This document shows positions 1 to 7,116 of a stretch of 58,239 nucleotides of DNA, piece by piece. The translations under genes were made by a program, and so were the position numbers. The notes under the pieces are model-generated. The model was not told where the DNA came from, searched no databases, and worked only from the letters and a program-made list of their open reading frames with translations. The stretch covers positions 1-58,239 of the forward strand of contig JBLHKT010000027.1 in assembly GCA_047620485.1 (NCBI GenBank). Reading direction: 5' to 3'. The stretch comes from Phycisphaerales bacterium. GTDB taxonomy: Bacteria > Planctomycetota > Phycisphaerae > Phycisphaerales > UBA1924. Within the stretch, counting starts at the first letter, position 1, and each line of letters starts with the position of its first letter.

Positions 1-8
1 CAGAGATC

Positions 9-617
9 GTGCTCACCGACGACTCCTCGCTCGTCATTCTCGGCAAGATCATCGGCAACGGCGTCTCCGGCCCCGGCGGCGCAGGCACCGCAGGCTCCGT
101 CTACGTCGAGGGCGGCGTCATCCCCGGAATCCTCGGCGACCCCTTCGGCACGGCCCGCTTCGACGGCGACCTCAACCTCGGATTCGCCGCCTACACCATC
201 CTCGAAATCGGCGGCACCAGCCCCGGCGTGGACCTCGACCAACTCGCCGCACAACAACTCGGCGTCGCGGGCACCCTCCAAGTCGTTCTCGCCAACGGCT
301 ACACCCCCCAGCCCGGCGACGTCTACCAGGTCCTCGACTTCGTCACCGCCACCGGCTCGTTCAGCAGCATCACCCTCGACCCCGCGCTCATCGCCGCGGG
401 GGCCGACACGACCGACCTGCTCACCAACGGCACCATCTTCATCGCCGCGCCGTGCTCGGTCGACCTCAACGGCGACGGCATCGCGGACTTCGGCGACATC
501 CAGGCGTTCATCGCGCTCTTCCTCGTGCAAGACATCGCGGTGGACTTCAACGGCGACGGCATCATCGACTTCGGCGACATTCAAACCTTCGTCGCCGCCT
601 TCCTCGCCGGGTGCTAA
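9..617 (+). CDS. 3' end of a secreted protein (5' end lies upstream of the window) carrying two dockerin-like repeats (DLNGDGIADFGDIQAFIALFL / DFNGDGIIDFGDIQTFVAAFL) and ending ...AAFLAGC, i.e. a GC-type dockerin-like C-terminal module
   Basis: ORF runs from the window edge with no start in view. The D-x-N-x-D-G-x-[IV]-D-x-x-D-I-x-x-F-[IV]-x-x-F-L repeat occurs twice and the terminal Gly-Cys matches the C-terminus of the subtilase at 30590-32014. Confidence 0.6.
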   Translation: MLTDDSSLVILGKIIGNGVSGPGGAGTAGSVYVEGGVIPGILGDPFGTARFDGDLNLGFAAYTILEIGGTSPGVDLDQLAAQQLGVAGTLQVVLANGYTPQPGDVYQVLDFVTATGSFSSITLDPALIAAGADTTDLLTNGTIFIAAPCSVDLNGDGIADFGDIQAFIALFLVQDIAVDFNGDGIIDFGDIQTFVAAFLAGC

Positions 618-889
618 CCCGCATCGGCCGAGGCCGGTTCCTCGCAACTCACACAGAAGGCTGAGCAGTTCCTTGCTCAGCCTTTTCTGTCGCGCGGCCT
701 CAGCCGATCGCTCGCCGTGCTTCCAGGCGTTCATCCGGCTTCGGGTTATCCACCCCGAGCCCAACGGTCGTGTTAACCAGAACCCGGATTCTGAGAGTTC
801 GGCCGAGAGCGCCGGGGGGAGAACCCCTCGTTCCGGCGGGGTTCGCCTCGGGGTGGACTGGGGCCGTCCAATTCTGAGAGTGCCGATCG

Positions 890-955
890 GCCCCCACGCG
901 GCCCCCACGCGGCCCCCACGCGGCCCCCACGCGGCCCCCACGCGGCCCCCACGGG
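890..955. repeat. Tandem 11-nt repeat gcccccacgcg, five perfect copies plus one degenerate copy; the paralogous copy at 37.3 kb has a single unit
   Basis: Read directly: gcccccacgcg x5 then gcccccacggg. It creates the spurious 'GPHAAPTRPPR' ORFs on both strands. Confidence 0.9.
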
Positions 956-974
956 CCAAGTTCGGGGTGGTCTG

Positions 975-1014
975 GGTAAACAAACAGGCCCGCGTCCTGA
1001 TGGACACGGGCCTG
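975..1014 (-). terminator. Rho-independent terminator on the minus strand (stem caggcccgtgtcc/ggacgcgggcctg, loop atca, followed by TTTGTTTAC) downstream of the 1059-1475 gene
   Basis: 13-bp GC-rich imperfect inverted repeat followed by a T-rich run on the minus strand. The same hairpin follows tRNA-Asn at 37382-37421. Confidence 0.6.
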
Positions 1015-1058
1015 GGAACTCCCCGAGCCGAACGGGTTCAAATGGTTGGCTCTCTATT

Positions 1059-1475
1059 TCAGTCTTCAACTTCAGCTGTGCGGATATCTACAAACCCTGA
1101 CGGCAGGGTGGCGTACCACGTCGGCTCGGTAGAGATCGAGGTGACCGGGTAGATGCGGCCGCTCTGGTTGATCACGTCCATAATCGAGAGCTCGACGCAG
1201 ACCCGGTTGGGCTCGTCCCATTCGGCTGATTTGGTTTCGATGAAGGAGAGCCCGGGGCCGACGTGAGAGGCGGCCATGTTGAAACCATCGCCGTAGATGT
1301 CGATCACGGACTCTGTGGGCTCAGGGTTTGCGGAGATTCTGATGACGCCTGAGCCCTCAACCTTCGTGAGAAACTCTGGGAGAGTCTGGCGGAACAGAGG
1401 GGTGTTGAGGGAGAGACCGTGCTCTTCGAGCAGGGACTGGATTTCTTCGAGGCTCATGTGCTGAGGGTCTGTCAT
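1059..1475 (-). CDS. Hypothetical protein (138 aa), last gene of the long minus-strand array
   Basis: ORF with plausible ATG (MTDPQHMSLEEIQ...) and a terminator hairpin about 45 nt downstream. No recognisable domain. Confidence 0.5.
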   Translation of the reverse strand: MTDPQHMSLEEIQSLLEEHGLSLNTPLFRQTLPEFLTKVEGSGVIRISANPEPTESVIDIYGDGFNMAASHVGPGLSFIETKSAEWDEPNRVCVELSIMDVINQSGRIYPVTSISTEPTWYATLPSGFVDIRTAEVED

Positions 1476-1520
1476 GAGTGCTCCTTGTCGTGTGGCGTGC
1501 TGGGGGCGGCTTGAACGGGT

Positions 1521-2834
1521 TTAGAAATACAGCCCGATGTTGACGTTGAACCTCGTGCCCCACTTGTCATCGGCACCTTCGGCGAGCCCGTCGGTCCAGT
1601 CGCCGCCGAGCCAGGGGTGGTTCTTACCCACAGCCAGATCGATGTAGATGTAGAACGGGTTCGCGGAGATCATGCACCCCAGCACGTTCTGGACGGTGTC
1701 GTTGTACCCGGACTCGGCTTTGAGCATGAGGCTGGAGTCGTTGTAGAAGGTGAGCGACTGGATGCCGTGGTTGTCGATGGGGAGGGTGTAAGCGAGCCCG
1801 GCGGTGAGGATGGATGCCTCGGAGGCGACGTGGTACCAGGCGTCGTAGGCACCCATGGTTACGAAACTGCCGTCGGGGCTCGAGTCGAGTGATGGGTCGT
1901 TCTCCAGGTCGTACTTGTAGTGGATCGCCTGGAGCATGAGGTTCCACCGGCCGTAGGTGCCGTTGAGGTGGGCGGCGACGGCCCACTGGTTGCCGTCTCG
2001 GCCGGTGTTTTTGTTGGGCACCAGCCCGTACTGGAGTGAGAGCCCGATCTCGGTGGTGTTGGATTCGGAGTGGTCGAAGGTGTAGGCGAGCTTGGCGTTG
2101 CCTTGGTGTTTTTCCTCGTTGCCGTCGTTCTCTTCCAGGACCAGGTCGTAGGAGTAGCGTGCGCTGTCGTTGGAATCGCCGGTGTAGTCCCCCCCGTCGT
2201 TGGCGAAGTAGGCGAGCTGGAATTCCCATGGCCCGGAGTCGTGGATGAGCTTGACGCCGAGGTCGTAGTCGTCCTCGAGCCCGACGTAGTAGGGGAGCTG
2301 GAAGAACCAGGAGTGCGAGGCGTAGGTCTGGATGCCGAAGGGGACCTGGGTGAGCCCGGCGCGGACCTGGCTCTCGTCGTCGATCTTCCACCCCAACCAG
2401 GCGTACTTGAGCATGTGGTAGTCGTGGTTGTCGGTGAACCGTTCGTTGTAGTACCGGTATTCGAGCGAGCCGATGATGTGCTCGGTGTCTAGATCGAGAT
2501 TGACGCGCACAGTGTCGAGTGCGAGCTCGCCGGAGTCTTGGTAGTGCGAGCCGTAGTCTCGTGTGGAATAGTTGTATCGGAGGGCGCCGCCGACTCTGAG
2601 CGGGCCGAGGAAGAAGCCCTTCCAGCCCTCGTCGATTTCGAGGTCTGCTGGTTCGATCTCGGCATCGGCGTCCGGGGTCTCGGAGAAGAGAGGATCGATC
2701 GTGGTGGGCGATTCGGATGTCTGCGCCTGAGCGGTCAGAGCAGCGAGCAGCATTGTGAGCCAGAACGTGGGCACCTGACAAGCAGGGCGGTTCACTGGTA
2801 GCGAAGGCGCGCGGTGTGAGGATATGGTCGTCAT
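1521..2834 (-). CDS. Putative outer-membrane beta-barrel protein/porin (signal peptide MLLAALTAQAQ, alternating amphipathic strands, C-terminal ...IGLYF)
   Basis: N-terminal signal peptide, aromatic-rich beta-strand pattern and terminal Phe typical of OMPs. Its start overlaps the stop of the upstream gene by 4 nt. Confidence 0.6.
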   Translation of the reverse strand: MTTISSHRAPSLPVNRPACQVPTFWLTMLLAALTAQAQTSESPTTIDPLFSETPDADAEIEPADLEIDEGWKGFFLGPLRVGGALRYNYSTRDYGSHYQDSGELALDTVRVNLDLDTEHIIGSLEYRYYNERFTDNHDYHMLKYAWLGWKIDDESQVRAGLTQVPFGIQTYASHSWFFQLPYYVGLEDDYDLGVKLIHDSGPWEFQLAYFANDGGDYTGDSNDSARYSYDLVLEENDGNEEKHQGNAKLAYTFDHSESNTTEIGLSLQYGLVPNKNTGRDGNQWAVAAHLNGTYGRWNLMLQAIHYKYDLENDPSLDSSPDGSFVTMGAYDAWYHVASEASILTAGLAYTLPIDNHGIQSLTFYNDSSLMLKAESGYNDTVQNVLGCMISANPFYIYIDLAVGKNHPWLGGDWTDGLAEGADDKWGTRFNVNIGLYF

Positions 2835-5800
2835 TCGCCGATCTCCTTGGTGATTTTGATGAGATTACGATCCGCTCGGCGCTCATACTCGATGGTGTCA
2901 ACAAGGCGTCGGACGATCTCGATGCCGTCACCCCCGATGGAGCGTTCCTCGATGGGGAGGTCGATCCGTGGCGCGGCCTGTTCGAGCGGGTTGAACTCAA
3001 GCCCGTCGTCGGAGATGGTGACGACGACCCGTTGTGTGTTGATCTCGACCTTGATGTCGATCTGGTGGATCTTGTCGTCCTTATACCCGTGGGAGATAAC
3101 GTTGCTGAGCAGTTCGTCGAATACGATGCAGAAGCTTCGGCGGACTTTTTCGGTCAGGCTGTGTGGGGTGACGAACTTCTCGAAGAACTCGTTGACCCGG
3201 GTGATCTCGTCTTTGCGGTTCAGGATCGAGATCTCGAACCGTCGCTGCACCGAACTCTCGCTTGCGCCTCGGTACAGCAGGGTGAGAATGGTGATGTCGT
3301 CGGCCTGCTCGGCGCCGTTCTCGAAAGTACGGATCGCGTCGATGGTCTTGTCGAGAGCCTGCTTGTCCGAATCTGGTGCCTCGGTTTCGAGGAGCTTGGC
3401 GAGGCGATCCTCGGTGAACAGCTCCTTGGCCGGGTTCATCGCCTCGGTGACACCGTCGGTGTAGGTCACCAGCACGTCGCCGGGTTTGAGGGCGGTGCTT
3501 GACGACCCGTACTCCAGATCGGGCGAGGCACCGATGATGGGGCCGTGCCGATCCCGGAGGCGTTCGACCGAGCCATCGACGCGGCGGATCATGGGCGGGT
3601 TGTGCCCGGCGTTGGTGTAGGTCAGCTGCCCGGTGCGGGTGTTGAGCACCGCGAGGAACTCGGTGACAAACATGCAGGACTCGTTGCGCTCCGAGAGCCT
3701 GTTGTTGACCAGCGAGAGCACGCGGGAGGTCGAGACATCGTCCATGGCTCTCGAGCGGATGAGGGTCTGGGTGACGGCCATGAAGAGCGCAGAGGGGACG
3801 CCCTTGCCCGAGACATCGCCGATGGAGATACACAGGTGGTCGTCGTTGATGAAGAAGAAGTCGTAGAAGTCGCCGCCGACCTCGCGGGCGGGGATGATCG
3901 CAGCGCTGATGGAGAACTCGTCGTGGTCGGGGAAGGCGGGGAAGATGAGCGGGACCATGCTCATCTGGATGTCGCGTCCGACGTTGAGCTCCTGCTCCAT
4001 CCGCATGGAGTGCTGCTTGATGATGGCGTAGGCGTCGGTGAGCCGGTGGTTGGTGCCTTCGAGCTTCATGCGGCTCCACAGGAACAGCCCGGTCAGCCCG
4101 GTGATGAGCACGACGGCGAGCCCGGTTCCGACGACGGCCTGACGGGTGAAGGCGGCCCGTAGCTCGTAGGCCTCGGCAACATCGATCTCGGTGGTAATGC
4201 CCAGCCCGATGCGGTCGTCCCAGACCCAGGTGCCGATGACGGGCACGCCGCGGTAGTCGTTGTACCCGTCAAGATTGGACGCCGAGTTGCCGCCGGTGGC
4301 CTGGTCGGCCATGTGCGTGAGAGAGAGTTGCTCGGGCGGGAGGGAAGTGGTGTGCCCGAGGGTGAGGTTGCCGCCGGGGTCTCGCAGGGCGACGTTGAGG
4401 ATGCTGCGTTGGTCGGGTTCGATGATGCCGATCTGCTCGAGCTGATCGTCGAACCGGCTCTCGGAGACCATCTGCCCGAGCCGGTTGAAGGCGTAGGACT
4501 CGCCGGAATCGCCCATGCGGCCGCGCTGGAGGATCGCGGTGAAGGGGCCTTCGGTGTCGGCAGCAAGGATTAGCCCGCCGATCAAGGTGCCTGTCTCGTT
4601 ATACACGGGCGCGGCGACCAGCAGCAGTTGATGCAAGGTGTGCGTGACTGTGGCTTGGGGGTCCAGCGTGGGTACGCGGACCGAGGTCGGGCGGTTGTCG
4701 GCGATGACCTGGTTGAGCATATCGAGGCAGAGCGCCCGGTCAGTCTCGGTGAGCGTGGAGAGGTCTTCACCGGCAAGCAGGAGCTGCCCGTCGGGTGCGA
4801 TTACGACAAACGTGTCAAATGCGAGCGCGTCGGAGGTCTCGGTGAGCGCCCGGCGGAGGGCTGTTGACTGGGCTTCAAGCTCCGCGGCGTCGGCATCTCC
4901 CGACAGGGACTCAACCGCTAAGGGCACCGCGGGGCGCTGCGTCAGGCTCTGGGCATCGTACTCTCGGGCCCGGATCCAGTCGAAGGCGGCCTGGCTTGTG
5001 GTGCGCAGGACCGTGTTCTGCGCGTTGCCGACATCGCTGGTGGCTCGCTTGAACGTCGCGGACCAGCTCATCCGCCCGGCGAGGATGACCACGACGATCG
5101 CGGAAGCCCCGGTGACCACGATCGGCCATGAGTGGAGGAGATTGGCCTTGTGGAAGTCACGCTCGGATGTTTTACGACGGACGGCCAGAACGAGGGCGAG
5201 GACGACCACGCCTATGACAGATCCCACGATGGTGAGCGTCGGGTCACGAGTGAGCAGGGAGTCGCCAGGCGGCTCGAGGGCGATCCATCGGCGGTAGATG
5301 TCTTGGCGCTCCGACGCGGGGATGGAGTCCAGAGCTCGCCGGAGCATGGCGTGGAGCTCGGGCCAATCGTTGCGGGACGCGATGCACAGGTTCCACTCCA
5401 TGCCGGAGGTCCCGGCGACGCGGAGATTTGTCATCCCGTTCTTCTCGATATAGAAGCTCGCGGCGCCGATGTTGGCGATCACCGCGTCGGCGACGCCGAA
5501 CGAGACCAGCTCGAGCCCCTCCTCAATGTTGGGCACTTCGACCAGTTGCAGGTTGGGGTGGTTGTCGCGGACGTACTCAGCCGAGGCGTAGCCCTTCATG
5601 ACGACGACGTTGAGCCCGGCGAGGTCGGCGATGCTCAGCGTGCCCTCGGTCTCTCGCCGAACGATGATGACGATCGGGAGGTCGATGTACGGCTTGGTGA
5701 ACAGCATGAACTCGCGGCGCTCGGGCGTGTTCTGGGCCTCGAGCCAGACGTCGGCCTCGCGGGCCTTGGTCGCGGTCACGACGCCCTGCCAAGAGTCGTA

Positions 5801-6154
5801 TCGGGCGATCTCGAACTCGATGCCGAGCTTCTGTTCGATGATGCCAGCGTACTCGGCCATCACGCCGCGGTAGATCCCCTCGTCGTCGAAGTACTCCATC
5901 GGGGGGAAGTTGGGTGCTGGCGCGACCCGAATACCCGGGTGTGCGTCGAGCCAGGCCCGCTCTTCGGTTGTGATCACGAATTCCTCTTGAGCCAGCGCGT
6001 GAGGGCCGGCCGCGAGAAACAACAGGACTGAGACGGTCCAAAGCACCACCGAAACCACGGCGAGGCGGGGACGATCGCGAGTCTCAAGGGGTGTTGTATC
6101 TTGCTGAGACATGCGGCGGCTGCCTTTCATTCTCGACCCGATTTGAGGTCGCAC
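2831..6154 (-). CDS. 1107-aa multidomain membrane sensor: periplasmic solute-binding domain (SBP_bac_3-like), several TM helices, extracytoplasmic sensor region, PP2C/SpoIIE-type Ser phosphatase domain and C-terminal RsbW-like GHKL Ser-kinase (HATPase_c_2) domain
   Basis: PP2C motifs (REVGGDFYDFF..., DVSGKGVPSALFM..., TYTDGVTEA) and a C-terminal anti-sigma-factor-like ATPase region (ELLSNVISHG...GGDGIEIVRRL). N-terminal PBPb-like region follows a signal/TM segment. Confidence 0.75.
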   Translation of the reverse strand: MRPQIGSRMKGSRRMSQQDTTPLETRDRPRLAVVSVVLWTVSVLLFLAAGPHALAQEEFVITTEERAWLDAHPGIRVAPAPNFPPMEYFDDEGIYRGVMAEYAGIIEQKLGIEFEIARYDSWQGVVTATKAREADVWLEAQNTPERREFMLFTKPYIDLPIVIIVRRETEGTLSIADLAGLNVVVMKGYASAEYVRDNHPNLQLVEVPNIEEGLELVSFGVADAVIANIGAASFYIEKNGMTNLRVAGTSGMEWNLCIASRNDWPELHAMLRRALDSIPASERQDIYRRWIALEPPGDSLLTRDPTLTIVGSVIGVVVLALVLAVRRKTSERDFHKANLLHSWPIVVTGASAIVVVILAGRMSWSATFKRATSDVGNAQNTVLRTTSQAAFDWIRAREYDAQSLTQRPAVPLAVESLSGDADAAELEAQSTALRRALTETSDALAFDTFVVIAPDGQLLLAGEDLSTLTETDRALCLDMLNQVIADNRPTSVRVPTLDPQATVTHTLHQLLLVAAPVYNETGTLIGGLILAADTEGPFTAILQRGRMGDSGESYAFNRLGQMVSESRFDDQLEQIGIIEPDQRSILNVALRDPGGNLTLGHTTSLPPEQLSLTHMADQATGGNSASNLDGYNDYRGVPVIGTWVWDDRIGLGITTEIDVAEAYELRAAFTRQAVVGTGLAVVLITGLTGLFLWSRMKLEGTNHRLTDAYAIIKQHSMRMEQELNVGRDIQMSMVPLIFPAFPDHDEFSISAAIIPAREVGGDFYDFFFINDDHLCISIGDVSGKGVPSALFMAVTQTLIRSRAMDDVSTSRVLSLVNNRLSERNESCMFVTEFLAVLNTRTGQLTYTNAGHNPPMIRRVDGSVERLRDRHGPIIGASPDLEYGSSSTALKPGDVLVTYTDGVTEAMNPAKELFTEDRLAKLLETEAPDSDKQALDKTIDAIRTFENGAEQADDITILTLLYRGASESSVQRRFEISILNRKDEITRVNEFFEKFVTPHSLTEKVRRSFCIVFDELLSNVISHGYKDDKIHQIDIKVEINTQRVVVTISDDGLEFNPLEQAAPRIDLPIEERSIGGDGIEIVRRLVDTIEYERRADRNLIKITKEIGE

Positions 6155-6178
6155 TGGAAACCCTCGGCGGGCGAAGAT

Positions 6179-7096
6179 TCACCCACTCACACAATGGTTT
6201 GCGATCTCGGCGACCTGTGCGATGAGGGCGTGATTAATTCCCGCGATGAGCAGCCCGGAGTGGTGCTGCGCGTCGATGGGACGGCCTGTCCCGTCAACGA
6301 CCTCGCCCCCGGCGTTGCGGATCACCTGCACCGCAGCGACGAAGTCGAACGGGTCGGCCGGGCGACGCTCCCACAGGTTGACGTAGATGAAGTTGCCCTT
6401 CGCTGCGTCTGCCAGCGCCAAGGACGGTGAGCCACTCTCCATGCGAACCAGGCGGACCTGGTCGAGAGTCCAGGCGTCGATCAGGCTCGCGACGAGAGGC
6501 CCCGACCCACGCGAAGAGTGCACGAGCACGAGCGGCTGGTCGGTGGGGGTCTGATCGAGAGGCAGGTCAACACCGATGTCCTGCTCGCCGAACATGTCGA
6601 GGTGCAGCAGGCGGGATTTCCGGGTTCCCATGGTGTAGGAGATCTCGCCGGTCGCGGGGTTCGCGATGATCCCGAGGAACGGGCTGCCGTTACGGAAGAA
6701 CGCGAGGACCACAGCGGTGGTGCTCATCCGGTTGATCAGGGCCCAGGTGCCGTCGAGCGGATCGACCGCGACCGCGATGCCCTGCTCGGGGAGAAACCCT
6801 CCCATCTCCTCGCCGACCAGTTCCGCGTCGGGGCAGAACTCGGTGAGCCGCTCACGGATCATCTGCTCGATCTGTTCTTCTTGCGCGGTCACCGGCGTCG
6901 CGTCTTGTTTGAATGAGGTGGAATCCTGCAGCGGCGTCATGCGGAGCCTGCGGATGACGCGGCAGGCCTCGAGGGTAGTGTTCAAGGCGAAGTCGAGCCA
7001 TTCGTTGAGTGCGTGGTCCGGTGCAGGTCTCGGCTTGTCTCGATCTCCGCTCCTGAAGGCGCCAATAGCTGATTTCTCGGTCGGGGTGAGTTCCAT
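6179..7096 (-). CDS. Inositol monophosphatase-family phosphatase (IMPase/CysQ/SuhB-like, about 305 aa)
   Basis: AVDPLDGTWALI metal-binding motif plus family-typical EEMGG and WERRPADPFD segments. Start placed at MELTPTE. Confidence 0.7.
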   Translation of the reverse strand: MELTPTEKSAIGAFRSGDRDKPRPAPDHALNEWLDFALNTTLEACRVIRRLRMTPLQDSTSFKQDATPVTAQEEQIEQMIRERLTEFCPDAELVGEEMGGFLPEQGIAVAVDPLDGTWALINRMSTTAVVLAFFRNGSPFLGIIANPATGEISYTMGTRKSRLLHLDMFGEQDIGVDLPLDQTPTDQPLVLVHSSRGSGPLVASLIDAWTLDQVRLVRMESGSPSLALADAAKGNFIYVNLWERRPADPFDFVAAVQVIRNAGGEVVDGTGRPIDAQHHSGLLIAGINHALIAQVAEIANHCVSG

Positions 7097-7116
7097 GTGC
7101 GGTTCGTCCTCTCGGT

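Larger units (their letters stand above)
737..1028. repeat. Copy A of a ~250-290 nt repeat module (about 85-90% identical to 37187-37435); ends with the last 10 nt of a tRNA-Asn 3' end (ctccccgagc)
   Basis: Aligned by eye: gggttatccaccccgagcccaacgg...ggattctgagag...cacgcgg...aaacaaacaggcccgcgtcctgatggacacgggcctgggaactccccgagc is shared between the two loci. The 3' 51 nt (978-1028 vs 37385-37435) are identical. Confidence 0.8.

Noticed and set aside
673-1152. 159-aa plus-strand ORF (and overlapping minus-strand ORFs 700-1041 and 773-1069) with GPHAAPTRPPR repeats
   Set aside because: The repeats are a direct translation of the 11-nt tandem DNA repeat inside a non-coding repeat/terminator module. 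No ribosome-binding site. A frame artefact of high GC.
1624-3000. 458-aa Arg/Pro-rich ORF antisense to the OMP gene. Similar long antisense ORFs occur throughout, for example 3081-4079, 7143-7979, 12512-13405, 13586-14617, 39797-40606, 42936-43823, 55266-56969.
   Set aside because: Extreme Arg/Pro/Ala composition with no domains, each fully overlapping a well-supported gene on the other strand. Typical GC-rich shadow ORFs.
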